64,000 bases of DNA from an uncultured Thermoleophilia bacterium (lineage in GTDB: Bacteria > Actinomycetota > Thermoleophilia > Gaiellales > Gaiellaceae). The translations under genes were made by a program, and so were the position numbers. Shown here one piece after another: positions 27,583 through 37,425 of the stretch. Location of the stretch: contig CAVPSK010000017.1 of NCBI GenBank assembly GCA_963708355.1, forward strand, positions 30,030 to 94,029. The letters are read 5' to 3'. The number at the start of each line of letters is the position of its first letter. The first letter of the stretch is position 1. A model generated the notes under the pieces. That model ran no database searches and was not told the origin of the DNA. It saw only the letters and a list, made by a program, of their open reading frames with translations.

Positions 27583-28272
27583 ATGGCGAAAACACCCAAG
27601 AGAGCGCCATTGACGCGCGACACTGTCGTCGCCGCCGGGCTTGCGATCGGCGACGCCGAAGGACTCGACGCCGTCAGTCTCCGCCGCATCGCCGGCCAGC
27701 TCGGCGTCACCCCGATGGCGCTCTACCGGTACGTCGCGAGCAAGGAGCAGCTGTTCGACGAGATGCTCGACACCGTCTGGGACGAAATCGAGATCCCCGA
27801 TCCTGGCGCCGGCGATTGGTGGAAGGGGCTAGCCACACTCGCCCGCTCGACCCGCGCCGCCTTCCTGGCGCATCCGGCAGCCGCGGCGATCGCCGCCAGA
27901 CGCCCCGGCGGAGGCACGAGCATCCTCCGCGTGATCGAGGCGATCCTCGCCCTACTCGAACGCGCCGGCCTCGACAGCGAACAGGCTGCGCGCATCTACC
28001 TTCCATTCGCCCGCTCACTGCTCGCGCTGATCTTCTTCGAAGCGAGCCTGCTCCCCGAACTCTCAGCAGAAGAAAGACGACAGCAGGCACTCCGCACCCG
28101 CTTCGAGCTCGAGTCCCTGCCGACCGACGAGTTTGCACACGTCATCGCAGCAGCGCCACACCTCGCCACACCCTACGAGCCCGAGCGCGTCTTCGAAGAG
28201 GGCCTCCAGCTCCTCCACGCCGGCATCGAAGCGCAACTCCCGACGCCGACGAGACGAGGCACGCGTCAGTAG
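27583..28272 (+). CDS. TetR-family transcriptional regulator
   Basis: N-terminal HTH (LTRDTVVAAGLAIGDAEGLDAVSLRRIAGQLGVTPMALYRYVASKEQL). Divergent from the MFS gene. Confidence 0.85.
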   Translation: MAKTPKRAPLTRDTVVAAGLAIGDAEGLDAVSLRRIAGQLGVTPMALYRYVASKEQLFDEMLDTVWDEIEIPDPGAGDWWKGLATLARSTRAAFLAHPAAAAIAARRPGGGTSILRVIEAILALLERAGLDSEQAARIYLPFARSLLALIFFEASLLPELSAEERRQQALRTRFELESLPTDEFAHVIAAAPHLATPYEPERVFEEGLQLLHAGIEAQLPTPTRRGTRQ

Positions 28273-28745
28273 CCCCGCGATGCGCGGGATAAGTCGAGCG
28301 TCATTCGCGGAGCGCTGCCGAACTGCGTCGATGTCTGACCCGTGACCTCGAAGCCAAGCCGCGAATAGAACCCGAGCACGTTCGGATTCGCGACGACATC
28401 GACGTAGCTCGCACCTAGAGCGGCCGCGCGCTCCGCGAGGTCGTCAACGAGCATCCGACCGACTCCTCGGCGCATCCAGTCAGGCTCGACGAACAGGTCA
28501 TCGAGCTCACAGCGACCGTCCTCGACCGCCAGCACCACCGAGAAGCCGAGACGCCGCCCGGACGCGTCGACAGCGACCCGGACCCGTCCTTCTGCGATAG
28601 CCCGATGGGGCGGTGTAATGGCGTCCGGATGGGCCGCCAGCTGCGCACGGTATTCCTCCCAGACATCCGACGCGCGACGCTGGAGCGATTCCAGAGCGAA
28701 CGCCTCGTCCGGCCGGGCATCCCGGATCAACGTGACGACGGGCAC
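28266..28745 (-). CDS. GNAT N-acetyltransferase
   Basis: CELDDLFVEPDWMRRGVGRMLVDDLAERA...FYSRLGF is the acetyl-CoA binding motif A. Confidence 0.8.
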   Translation of the reverse strand: MPVVTLIRDARPDEAFALESLQRRASDVWEEYRAQLAAHPDAITPPHRAIAEGRVRVAVDASGRRLGFSVVLAVEDGRCELDDLFVEPDWMRRGVGRMLVDDLAERAAALGASYVDVVANPNVLGFYSRLGFEVTGQTSTQFGSAPRMTLDLSRASRGY

Positions 28746-28759
28746 CTTGTGATGTCGAC

Positions 28760-29680
28760 CTATGACTGGAGCGCCGCCGCTCTGCAGGGATCGTCGCGGC
28801 GGCCGACCGTGAGCCCATCGAGGGCGGTCGATGCCGAAGCTGCGCCGACGACGAGCGCTCCACCGACGAGCTCGGGCCAGCTGAGGTGTTCACCGAGCGC
28901 GACGACGGCGCCGGCGGCGGCGAGCACGGGGATCAGGTTGAGGATCAGCCCCGCATGCGCGACAGTGAGATCGCGGATTGCAAGATTGAAGGCGAGAAAT
29001 GGAACCGCGCCGCCGAGCACGCCGGTCGCGACCGCAGCGAGCAGGTGGGTGGGATCCGCACCGGCCGGTCCCGTCTTCGCGCCGACGTCGGCGATCAGGA
29101 TGACCGGAGCGGCGAAGAATGCGGCAGAGACCAGCTGGGTTGTCGTCGCAGCGAGGTTGTCCGCCTCGGCGCTCATGCGGCGAACACCGACACCGTTGGT
29201 TGCGGCCGCGACCGAGGCGGCGAGAACGAGGAGGTCCCCGACGAGACTTGCGCCGCGGCCGGTCTCTGCAAGACCGACGAGTGCCGACCCCGTGAAGCCG
29301 ACGGCCATGGCCGCGCGCGTCGGTGCCGATACCCGCTCGCCGAGCAGGACGCGTGCCAGGAGCACGCCGAAGAGGCTTTGCGATGCGATCAGAAGCGCTC
29401 CGTCGGCGGCGCCGGTACGCGAAAGGCCGAAATCGAAGAGTCCGAAACTGAGGCCGGGCTCCAACACGCCGAGGGCCGCGAACACGGGCCAACTCCGCGG
29501 CAAGAACGGCCGGCCGCGCGCCACGAGCAGACACCCCATGGCAATCGCGGAAGAAGAGAGCTCGACGCCGAGAAGGTCGAGAGGCGTGAGCTCGCGCAGC
29601 GCCACCTTCGTGAGAACCGTGGCTGCTGCCCACGATGTCGCAGCCATGATCGTCAGTGAGACCGGAACCGAGCGCGTCAT
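28760..29680 (-). CDS. EamA/DMT-family transporter
   Basis: 306 aa, about 10 TM segments and a two-fold EamA-like architecture. The ATG overlaps the upstream stop (ATGA). Confidence 0.75.
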   Translation of the reverse strand: MTRSVPVSLTIMAATSWAAATVLTKVALRELTPLDLLGVELSSSAIAMGCLLVARGRPFLPRSWPVFAALGVLEPGLSFGLFDFGLSRTGAADGALLIASQSLFGVLLARVLLGERVSAPTRAAMAVGFTGSALVGLAETGRGASLVGDLLVLAASVAAATNGVGVRRMSAEADNLAATTTQLVSAAFFAAPVILIADVGAKTGPAGADPTHLLAAVATGVLGGAVPFLAFNLAIRDLTVAHAGLILNLIPVLAAAGAVVALGEHLSWPELVGGALVVGAASASTALDGLTVGRRDDPCRAAALQS

Positions 29681-30147
29681 CGGCGGTCCGTCGCAGACCA
29701 CTCGGACCAGCTGAGAATGCGCCGGCCCGGATCCGGCGCTTCGTCCAGCATCGCGAGGAACTCGAGCAGGTGCCCGTCCGGGTCGCGAACGTAGACGGCT
29801 GCCGCCGGCATCCAACCGATCACGCTCGGCTCGCTCGTCTCCTCCGCATGGAACGAAAGTGGTGTTACGCCGAGCCTCCTCAGGCGGCCGGGTGCGTCGA
29901 GGACGTCGTCGAGGGATGCAGCGAACGCGATGTGGAGGGAGAGGGCGATCGGCGCCGCCCCGGCCGCCCACAGCCCGAGCATCGAGCGGCCGGGAGCTCC
30001 GATCCAGAAGAAGGCGGCGCCGAGGTCCCGGTCGTGCAAGCCCAGCTGGAGGCCGACGAGGTCGCGGTAGAAGACGATGGAGCGATCGAGGTCGCTCACC
30101 GTCAGGTGCGTCTCGAACAAGCCGCTTACGGCGATCCGCTCTCTCAT
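29677..30147 (-). CDS. VOC/glyoxalase-family protein
   Basis: FETHLTVSDLDRSIVFYRDLVGL...HIAF...VYVRDPDGHLLEF. Confidence 0.8.
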   Translation of the reverse strand: MRERIAVSGLFETHLTVSDLDRSIVFYRDLVGLQLGLHDRDLGAAFFWIGAPGRSMLGLWAAGAAPIALSLHIAFAASLDDVLDAPGRLRRLGVTPLSFHAEETSEPSVIGWMPAAAVYVRDPDGHLLEFLAMLDEAPDPGRRILSWSEWSATDRR

Positions 30148-30365
30148 AGTGTGGTGGTGCACTTGATGTGCGCGAGCGGGTGGTAGAAGGCATCGAGTGC
30201 GTCCTCGCCCGGCACGGCCGAGCGCAGCGTTGTCCCGGACGCGACGTGCCGGACCTCGATGCTGGTGCTGTTGTCCGTCGCGTCCCAATAGAGCGTGACC
30301 TCGAGGCCGCTGACGACTCTGTGCGCGAGCTCACGATGCCGGTCGACGACGGTCGGAGCCGCCAT
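30144..30365 (-). CDS. small hypothetical protein
   Basis: 73 aa with a 4-nt overlap to the VOC gene. LEVTLYWDATDNSTSIEVRH...ALDAFYHPLAH. The family is not named. Confidence 0.5.
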   Translation of the reverse strand: MAAPTVVDRHRELAHRVVSGLEVTLYWDATDNSTSIEVRHVASGTTLRSAVPGEDALDAFYHPLAHIKCTTTL

Positions 30366-30367
30366 GG

Positions 30368-30670
30368 TCAGGGGAGCTTCGTTGCGAGCACGTCGACGCT
30401 CTCGATCAGCGGCGGCTGAGCGAGCAGTTCAGGTCCCTGCTCCTCGAGCGCAGCCGCCACCGCTCCCTCGAGGTGAGCGCGGCGTCCATCCTCGTCCGGG
30501 AACACGTCGACGATCGCGAACGAGGTTGCGCCCGTCTGGAATGCGAACCAGGCAACTGTCCCCGGCTCGTCCTGCACGAGCGGCAGCGCACCCTGGAGGA
30601 AGGCGGCGAGCGCCTCTTGCCGGCCTGCTTTCGCCTCGAGACGGACGATGAGCCCTTTGGTGATCTTCAT
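30368..30670 (-). CDS. antibiotic biosynthesis monooxygenase (ABM) domain protein
   Basis: 100 aa. MKITKGLIVRLEAKAGRQEALAAFL...EPGTVAWFAFQ...FAIVDVFPDEDGRRAHL. Confidence 0.7.
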   Translation of the reverse strand: MKITKGLIVRLEAKAGRQEALAAFLQGALPLVQDEPGTVAWFAFQTGATSFAIVDVFPDEDGRRAHLEGAVAAALEEQGPELLAQPPLIESVDVLATKLP

Positions 30671-31410
30671 GGCCCCTGGTGCCGCCCGTCGACGTAGATA
30701 TCGACCTTCTCGGGGTAGAAGCTGACGAGGCCGGCGATCTTCTGGCTCTCGGGCAGTGGTGTCCGGTACGACCAGGCGACGTCGTGCACGACGGTCTCGC
30801 CGAGCGAGAGCGACCAGTAGGCGGCCTGCCCCTTGTAGGGGCAATGGCTCGACGTGGACGTGGGCGCAAGCAGATCCATTCGCACGTCCGTCTTCGGCAG
30901 GTAGTAGCGCGTCGGGAGCCCGGTCTCGAAGAGGAGCGTCGGCTTGGTCGATTCTGCGACGGTGACGCCGTCGACCTCCACGCGGACGTGCCGAGAGCTC
31001 GGAAGGATGTCGACGCGCGTGTACGGGTCACGTGGGTGTGTGAAGACCTCTTCGTCTTCTTCGAACCAGGCGTCCATCGCGCTCCAATCGAGCCGGACCG
31101 TGTCGTGCAGCTCGTCGAACGGTGATTGCTCATAGAGCAACGCCGCTCCGGCTCGTTCGTGATCGCCGGCACGGACGGTGAAGATCTTCGCGTCGCCGCG
31201 GCTGGGCGAGTGTGCGATGCCGTCGTCCTCGCTCAGGAGGTCGATGCGAACGTCGGCGACGGGAAAGTAGTAGGTCGGGTAGTAGGGCTTTTCCCAGACG
31301 AGTAGCGGGCGCGTCGTGTCGGCCACGAGCTCGCCGCCGAGGTAGGCGCGGATGCGCTTGTCGCCTTGCTCGACGCGGACGCGTCCCCGGGCTCGGATCG
31401 TTGCAGTCAT
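30667..31410 (-). CDS. DUF427 domain protein (tandem)
   Basis: Two copies of the pattern ...YYFP..DV...L......H.C P.KG.A.Y..., e.g. PTRYYLPKTDVRMDLL...SHCPYKGQAAYWS. Confidence 0.7.
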   Translation of the reverse strand: MTATIRARGRVRVEQGDKRIRAYLGGELVADTTRPLLVWEKPYYPTYYFPVADVRIDLLSEDDGIAHSPSRGDAKIFTVRAGDHERAGAALLYEQSPFDELHDTVRLDWSAMDAWFEEDEEVFTHPRDPYTRVDILPSSRHVRVEVDGVTVAESTKPTLLFETGLPTRYYLPKTDVRMDLLAPTSTSSHCPYKGQAAYWSLSLGETVVHDVAWSYRTPLPESQKIAGLVSFYPEKVDIYVDGRHQGP

Positions 31411-31500
31411 GGTGTCGTCACCTCTCTTGGTGCTTCGTTGCCGGCGAGTGTTACGAGCGCGGCTGAGCGTGCGCTGTGCGACGGCTGACTGGGTGCCGTC

Positions 31501-31878
31501 CTAGCGGCAGACGCGCTGGCGATGTTCGCTGCGGTCCTGGACGAGCCCGAGGATGCGTGTCTTGCCGCCGATCTCCAACTTGTGGAGCGAGATCTCCGTG
31601 GGAAGGAAGGTGCCATTCTTCGTTCTGCACGTGAGCTTGATCGTGGAGGCGCGACCGTGACGCAGGACGCGTTCGAGCAGCTCGTTCAGCTCGGCGAGCT
31701 CGGACGGGTGGATGCGGTAGATCGGCGTCTCGAGCAGCTCTGCGCGTGTGTAGCCGAGCAGGTCGCAGCCGGCGTCGTTCGCGGCCAGGATCCTGCTGTG
31801 CTCCGGGTCCATCACGTACGCCGGCTCCTTCGCGTGCTCGAAGACCGTGCCGGAGATGATGTTGTGGTCGGCGCTCAT
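31501..31878 (-). CDS. stand-alone PAS domain protein
   Basis: 125 aa. FEHAKEPAYVMDPEHSRILAANDAGCDLLGYTRAELL...RIHPSE...TCRTKNGTFLPTEISL. 4-nt overlap with the SARP gene. Confidence 0.75.
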   Translation of the reverse strand: MSADHNIISGTVFEHAKEPAYVMDPEHSRILAANDAGCDLLGYTRAELLETPIYRIHPSELAELNELLERVLRHGRASTIKLTCRTKNGTFLPTEISLHKLEIGGKTRILGLVQDRSEHRQRVCR

Positions 31879-33755
31879 TGCTCAGCTGCCTGAAGGCCAA
31901 TCGTGTAGCTGGGTGAATGCAGGGCGCTGGCAGCGGCGTCGTCGAGGCCTCGCCGCAGGAGCCGTTGCCGGGCGGGGGAGATGCTCTCGAGCAGGACCTG
32001 GCGGACGAGGTCGTAGCGGAAGCGAAAACGAAGCCCGTCGATGCGGAGGATGCGTCGTTCGCAGAGGCGCTCGAGCTCCTCGACGAGGTCGGTGGCTTCT
32101 GCGCCGAGCAGTTCTGCGAGGGGTTGGGGCTCGAAAGGCTGTTCGAGCACCGAGGCTGCGATGAGGACGCGGTATGCCCAGTCGCCCTCGGCGCGGCACT
32201 GGGCGAGCAGCGCTTCGGTCAAGGACTTCGATGGGGTTGCGTCGTGCCCGTTTGCAAGCGCCTCCGTGACCAGCCTCGGGTCGCCGCCGGTCGATTCGTG
32301 CAGGTGCGCGATTCCGGCGGCAGCGAGATCGTCGTGGGAGAGCGGCTCCAGCTGAAGGCGCGTATCCGCGTTCAGTCGATACGGCGGCTGACCCGGCGAC
32401 GTGGCCGTCGGGCGGGCAGTCGTCACGATCGCTCCGAGGAATGCTGCGCGGTGTCGTACGTACTCGAGGGCCGCGAGCGTTCGATGGTCGGCGAGATGAA
32501 GGTCGTCGAGAAGCAAGACGACGGGGGAATGCGCGGCGAGCAGCGCGACGAGCGCCTCGAGCGCCTCGATCTCGTCGACGGCCTGCATCGGCGTGTCCAG
32601 CGCGAGCTCGGGCAGGATCTGCTCGAGAGCCGGCAGCCGATCGGCGTCGAGATCGACGCCGGCGAGCGCTTCCCGAAGCGCGGCCGCGAGCGGCACGTAG
32701 GGGAGGTTCCGTTCGAGCAGCGAGCAGGTTGCGCGTCCGACCCGCGCGCCGTCGAGCCGTGCGTGGAGCTCGTCGAGCAATCGCGTCTTGCCGACGCCGG
32801 TGGTGCCTTCGATCTGGATCAGCGTGACTCTCTCGGCGACTCCACGCCCGACGGCCTCCATGAGGGTGTCGAGCTCGGCGCCGCGACCGACGAGGCCGAC
32901 AGTGTTGGTGGTCGCGTCCGCCCGCGCCCGTTCGATCGGCCGTGGGAGAAGCGAGCGGACGTCCTCTTGGCGGATGACTGCGGTCTCGAGTGCGCGTGTC
33001 TCGATGCTTGGCTCCAGGCCGAGCTCCTCGTCGAGACGGGTGCGATAGCCGCGATAGCGAGCGAGCGCTTCGTGAATGCGCCCGAGTGCGTAGAGGGTGA
33101 GCATCTGCGAGCGCTGGGCTCGTTCACTGAATCGGTCGAGCGCAGCAGCCACCTCGGCGTGCGCGAGCGCAGCGGCAAAGTCCAGCTCCGCCAACGCAGC
33201 ATCGGCTGCGTCCAGGCGTGCACCGAGTACGCGTCCCTGGTAGCTGCTACGAAGGTCTTGAGCCCAAAGCGCGTAGGGCTCGTCTTCGAGCACTTCTCCG
33301 CGGACGAGTGAGAGCGCCTGCTCGAGCGACTGGCGAGCAATTCGCGTCGGTTCACGAGCGGACCGCTCGAGTAGCTCGTCGAATCGATCGAGATCGAGGT
33401 CGACCGCGTCGGTGGCGAACCGGTAGGCCTCGGCCTCCGTGACGACGAGTTGCCGTGCATGGACGCGGTCGGCGACGAGGCGGCGCCGCAGGACCGAGAC
33501 GAATGTCTGGATCGATGCCGCGACGTCGTCCGGAGGCTGAGCGTCCCAGATCAGCTCGGCGATCCGGTCCACCGGAACGTGGTGGCCGCGCGCTGCGAGC
33601 AGGATCTCGAGCAGCTGTTTCGGACGAGCTCCACCGAGATCACGAGGGCCGAGCATGCGCTCGCCGTCCACGATCTCGAGAGCGCCGAAGATCCGGATGA
33701 CCGGGCGCGACCGGCCGGGGTCGTCGCCGAACGCCTGCACGTCGAGTTTCAACAC
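31875..33755 (-). CDS. SARP (AfsR/DnrI/RedD)-family regulator with BTAD and AAA/NB-ARC ATPase domains
   Basis: OmpR-type wHTH (IRIFGALEIVDGERMLGP...ARPKQLLEILLAA). BTAD (YALWAQDLRSSYQ...ALGRIHEALARYRGYRTRLDEELGLEPS). Walker A: IEGTTGVGKTRLL. Confidence 0.85.
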   Translation of the reverse strand: MLKLDVQAFGDDPGRSRPVIRIFGALEIVDGERMLGPRDLGGARPKQLLEILLAARGHHVPVDRIAELIWDAQPPDDVAASIQTFVSVLRRRLVADRVHARQLVVTEAEAYRFATDAVDLDLDRFDELLERSAREPTRIARQSLEQALSLVRGEVLEDEPYALWAQDLRSSYQGRVLGARLDAADAALAELDFAAALAHAEVAAALDRFSERAQRSQMLTLYALGRIHEALARYRGYRTRLDEELGLEPSIETRALETAVIRQEDVRSLLPRPIERARADATTNTVGLVGRGAELDTLMEAVGRGVAERVTLIQIEGTTGVGKTRLLDELHARLDGARVGRATCSLLERNLPYVPLAAALREALAGVDLDADRLPALEQILPELALDTPMQAVDEIEALEALVALLAAHSPVVLLLDDLHLADHRTLAALEYVRHRAAFLGAIVTTARPTATSPGQPPYRLNADTRLQLEPLSHDDLAAAGIAHLHESTGGDPRLVTEALANGHDATPSKSLTEALLAQCRAEGDWAYRVLIAASVLEQPFEPQPLAELLGAEATDLVEELERLCERRILRIDGLRFRFRYDLVRQVLLESISPARQRLLRRGLDDAAASALHSPSYTIGLQAAEQ

Positions 33756-33875
33756 TTGAACTGTCTCGGATCTGCCGCCGTCGTTACACCCGGCTCAGGC
33801 GCAAGTCAGGTCCGGCTCAGCGGCGCCTCCTAGCTTGGCCGTCCGACAACCACCAAGCACGTCCGGCAGGTCCGG

Positions 33876-35237
33876 ATGAAAGGAGACGCGTTGAAGATCT
33901 TTTCGAAGCGGCGGCTGCTTACGGCCGCCGCGCTCACTGCGATCGCTGCAGCGGCGGCGATGGGGAGCCAGGCGCTCGCCGGCTCCAAGGACGGAACGGG
34001 ATCGGCCAAAGGTCTCGGCCCGATCAGCGGGCTGTTGCCCCGTGATCACCTGACGGAGGAGAGCGCGATCCAGGTCGACTTGAGCAAGGAGTCGGTCCGC
34101 GTGCCGCTGTACAAGGGCGTCGCCTACAAGGGAACGCCCAAGGAGGAGACGGTCTGGTTCACGCTGCTGGATGCCTCCGACCAGGGGATCGCGCACGATC
34201 TCGGCGTCAACTACGCGCCGAAGCTCGGCAACCTCGCGATCGGCGACCCGGCGGCGGTGCAGACCGTGACCCTCGAGTCGCCGACGCCGGATCAGAACAA
34301 GTTCGGGCAGGCGGTGGTGGACTTCCAGGGCGCGCCCGACTTCAGTCCGACCCGGATCGCCGAGCCCGGCCCGACCGGCTTCCCGCTGGCGAAGTTCCAG
34401 CCCGGCGCGGTCGCTGGTCCCGGCTACAGCCCGTTCATCCGCATCGCCGGTTCGCCGACGGTGTACAGCGCACCGATCGTCGCCACCGGTGACGGCCCCT
34501 TCGACGTCGTTCACCACGCGAACACCGGTGACCGGGTGCTCGGCATCCATCTCGCCGGACCGTCTGCCCCCGGGCAGTTCGCCGAGTCGTGGGTCGACCT
34601 GCTGTTCGTGAAGGGCTTCGATGCCGGCCAGCCGATCGTCTACATCTCGACCGACGCCGGCCAGCCCCTGACGGCCGTGCTCGAGCGCTCCACCTATGTC
34701 CCGGCGCTCGACAGCGCTCCGTACAACGGCGGCGACGACTTCCTCGGCTCTGCCCGCGAGCGCCTGTTCGGGTTCGTCAATGGACGGACCGGCAGCGGCG
34801 ATCCCGAGGCGCAGGGCTTCGTCCACCTGGTGAAGGACGGCCACGCCTCCGAGGACGCGAGCGCGGGCAACACCGCGCTGATCGACGCGCTCCGGAGCGG
34901 CGGCGACCTGCTCAACGTCTTCGGCGACTTCCCGACCGAGAAGGACCCGCGGCACGCTCAGGCGTACAGCCCGCTGTGGGACGCCCAGCTCGGGCTCTGG
35001 ACCGACAAGGCCGTGCAGCAGGGCCTCGACAAGCGCCAGATCGACGAGGTGCAGGTGTTCAACCTTGCCGCCACCCGGCCCGACCTGCTCACCGGCATCG
35101 ACCCGGCGACCGGCAAGCCGGCCCCCTATGGGTCGGTGGGCGTCGACATCAACTGCGCCGTGATCGGCTTCACCGCCAAGGCGCCGACGGCGAACCTCGC
35201 CGACCCCGTACCGAACTCGCAGTTCCCGCCCCGCTGA
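33876..35237 (+). CDS. secreted hypothetical protein
   Basis: Signal peptide KRRLLTAAALTAIAAAAAMGSQALAGS. AAAGGAG precedes the TTG at 33891, which may be the real start. No recognised domain. Confidence 0.6.
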   Translation: MKGDALKIFSKRRLLTAAALTAIAAAAAMGSQALAGSKDGTGSAKGLGPISGLLPRDHLTEESAIQVDLSKESVRVPLYKGVAYKGTPKEETVWFTLLDASDQGIAHDLGVNYAPKLGNLAIGDPAAVQTVTLESPTPDQNKFGQAVVDFQGAPDFSPTRIAEPGPTGFPLAKFQPGAVAGPGYSPFIRIAGSPTVYSAPIVATGDGPFDVVHHANTGDRVLGIHLAGPSAPGQFAESWVDLLFVKGFDAGQPIVYISTDAGQPLTAVLERSTYVPALDSAPYNGGDDFLGSARERLFGFVNGRTGSGDPEAQGFVHLVKDGHASEDASAGNTALIDALRSGGDLLNVFGDFPTEKDPRHAQAYSPLWDAQLGLWTDKAVQQGLDKRQIDEVQVFNLAATRPDLLTGIDPATGKPAPYGSVGVDINCAVIGFTAKAPTANLADPVPNSQFPPR

Positions 35238-35292
35238 CCCCCCGACGGGCGGCGGGTCGGCTACGGCCCGCCGCCCATCCGAAGGAGATCCC

Positions 35293-35733
35293 ATGAAAGC
35301 AGCGCTTCTGATTGCTCTGGTGCTCGCCGCCACTGCCGGGATCGCACGTGCCGAGGCAACCGCGCGGCACGGTGCGACCGTCTCGACCGGAGCGTCGAAG
35401 CTCGGGCCGATTCTCGTCGACGGCCGGGGCCGCACGCTCTACCTGTTCGAGCGCGATCCTCGCGGACGATCCGCGTGCACGGGGACCTGCACCGTCTACT
35501 GGTCGCCGCTACTGACGCCCACAGGCCCGACTGCGGGACGGAACGCGAAGCAGTCCCTGCTCGGCATCGTCCGCCGCAGCAACGGCACGCGGCAGGTGAC
35601 ATACGCCGGCCACCCGCTCTACCGGTACGCCGGAGACTCGCGGCCCGGCACGACCGCGGGCCAGGACTCGCATACCTTCGGCGCCGGCTGGTACGTCGTC
35701 TCGCCCGCCGGCCGGAAGGTCGAGAGCGACTGA
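35293..35733 (+). CDS. secreted repeat protein of the predicted-lipoprotein Y-x-[FWY]-x-x-D family (COG4315-like)
   Basis: Signal peptide, then GRTLYLFERD...C.G.C...WSPLL and GHPLYRYAGD repeats. There is a paralogue at 55244. Confidence 0.65.
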   Translation: MKAALLIALVLAATAGIARAEATARHGATVSTGASKLGPILVDGRGRTLYLFERDPRGRSACTGTCTVYWSPLLTPTGPTAGRNAKQSLLGIVRRSNGTRQVTYAGHPLYRYAGDSRPGTTAGQDSHTFGAGWYVVSPAGRKVESD

Positions 35734-35735
35734 TC

Positions 35736-36290
35736 GTGATCCTCGCGCTTTCCGGAAGCTTGAGGCGCGACTCGCTCAACAGCGCCGCGCTTCGTGCCGC
35801 TGCTCAGGCGGCGGCACGAAGCGGGATCGCGGTCGTCGTGGACGACTCAGTGGGAAGCCTTCCGCACTTCAGTCCCGATCTGGAGGCGTACCCGCCGGAC
35901 GCCGTGGAGCGTCTCCGGGCAGCCTGTCTAGGGGCCGAGGCGGTGCTTTTGGCGGTGCCGGAGTACGCATTCGGCATCCCGGGGGCGTTCAAGAACGCGC
36001 TCGACTGGACTGTCGGCAGCGGAGCCCTCTACCGTAAGCCGGTCGCTGTGCTCAGCGTGGCGCCGTCCGGACGGGGCGGGCACGTTCGCCGAGCACTCGA
36101 GCTCGTCCTCCGAGCTCTCGACTGCGACGTCTCCTGGCACCACGTGCCGATCCACCGTTCGCTTCTCGACGACGGCGAAATCCGAGAGGAACGAGTCGTG
36201 CGCGAGCTCGCTCAGGTGGTCGAAGCGCTGAACGCGCGCCGGCACGCTCGCGCTCGCTCAGACGGCGCTGAGCCTGCGCTCAGCGCGTGA
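35736..36290 (+). CDS. NADPH-dependent FMN reductase
   Basis: VILALSGSLRRDSLNSAAL...LLAVPEYAFGIPGAFKNALDW. Confidence 0.8.
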   Translation: MILALSGSLRRDSLNSAALRAAAQAAARSGIAVVVDDSVGSLPHFSPDLEAYPPDAVERLRAACLGAEAVLLAVPEYAFGIPGAFKNALDWTVGSGALYRKPVAVLSVAPSGRGGHVRRALELVLRALDCDVSWHHVPIHRSLLDDGEIREERVVRELAQVVEALNARRHARARSDGAEPALSA

Positions 36291-36334
36291 CTGCATACCT
36301 ACGCCATCAGATCCCAACGAGAGAGGAGTTCGCA

Positions 36335-36883
36335 ATGGCGACGACGACACCGGTGCTGGACGGCACCTACGAGCTCGACCACACCCACTCGACCGTGCAG
36401 TTCGCCGTGCGTCATGTCGGCGTGTCGACGTTCCGCGCGTCATTCGGCGCCATCGACGCCCGCGTCGTCATCGACAACGGCAGCACCGAGCTCGAGGCGG
36501 GCGCTTCCGTCGAATCGATCTCGATCGGCGAGCCGCTCGAGTTCCGTGAACACGTCGTGCACGGTAGTGACTTCTTCGCAGCAGACGAGTACCCGCAAAT
36601 CCGCTTTCGATCGACGCAGATCCAGCTCGGCGACGACGGAACGGCGACCGTGTCCGGCGATCTCGAGATCCGCGGCATCTCTCAGCCGGTGACCGCCAGC
36701 GGGACGTTCACCCTGCCGACGGAGGATCCATTCGGCGGCATCAGGATCGGCTTCGATCTCGACGCCACCCTCGATCGGCGGAAGTGGGGCATGGACTGGC
36801 AGATGCCGCTCCCCGCCGGCGGCGACGCCCTGGGATGGGACGTCGAGATCAGCGCTCAGCTCGAGCTGACGAAGAAGCCGTGA
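36335..36883 (+). CDS. YceI-family polyisoprenoid-binding protein
   Basis: YELDHTHSTVQFAVRHVGVSTFRASF...FFAADEYPQIRFRST...GDLEIRGISQPV. Confidence 0.8.
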   Translation: MATTTPVLDGTYELDHTHSTVQFAVRHVGVSTFRASFGAIDARVVIDNGSTELEAGASVESISIGEPLEFREHVVHGSDFFAADEYPQIRFRSTQIQLGDDGTATVSGDLEIRGISQPVTASGTFTLPTEDPFGGIRIGFDLDATLDRRKWGMDWQMPLPAGGDALGWDVEISAQLELTKKP

Positions 36884-37425
36884 TGCGCCTGCTCGCGATC
36901 AGCGGCAGCCTGCGGAGGGGGTCGTACAACAGCGCGTTGCTGGACGCGGCTGCCGCCGAGTCGGGCCCCCACATCGATTTCGTCTTCTGGAACCGGCTCG
37001 ACGTCATCCCCGCGTACAACGAGGACTTGCCGATCCAGCCGGACTCGGTCGCACTCCTGAAGGATGAGATCCTGCAGGCGGACTCGGTCCTCTTCGCGAC
37101 TCCCGAGTACAACGGCTCCGTCCCCGGGCCGCTGAAGAACGCCCTCGACTGGATCTCGCGACCGTTCGACGGGAACCCACTTCGAGGCAAACGCGTCGCA
37201 GTCATCGGCGCCAGCCAAGGGGCCTTCGGCGCCGTCTGGGCGCAGGCAGAGCTACGCAAGATCCTGCGGACGATCGGAGCACTCGTCGAGGAAGGCGAAC
37301 TCGCCGTCGGCCGTGCTCAGCACGCCTTCGCCGCGGACGGGCTCCTCCGCGATCCGGAGCATCGGGCGGCGCTGACGTCGATCCTCGAGACGCTACGCGG
37401 GCAGACGTGTCGACGCGCCGCCTGA
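36883..37425 (+). CDS. NADPH-dependent FMN reductase (second copy)
   Basis: MRLLAISGSLRRGSYNSALL...LFATPEYNGSVPGPLKNALDW. The ATG overlaps the YceI stop. Confidence 0.8.
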   Translation: MRLLAISGSLRRGSYNSALLDAAAAESGPHIDFVFWNRLDVIPAYNEDLPIQPDSVALLKDEILQADSVLFATPEYNGSVPGPLKNALDWISRPFDGNPLRGKRVAVIGASQGAFGAVWAQAELRKILRTIGALVEEGELAVGRAQHAFAADGLLRDPEHRAALTSILETLRGQTCRRAA

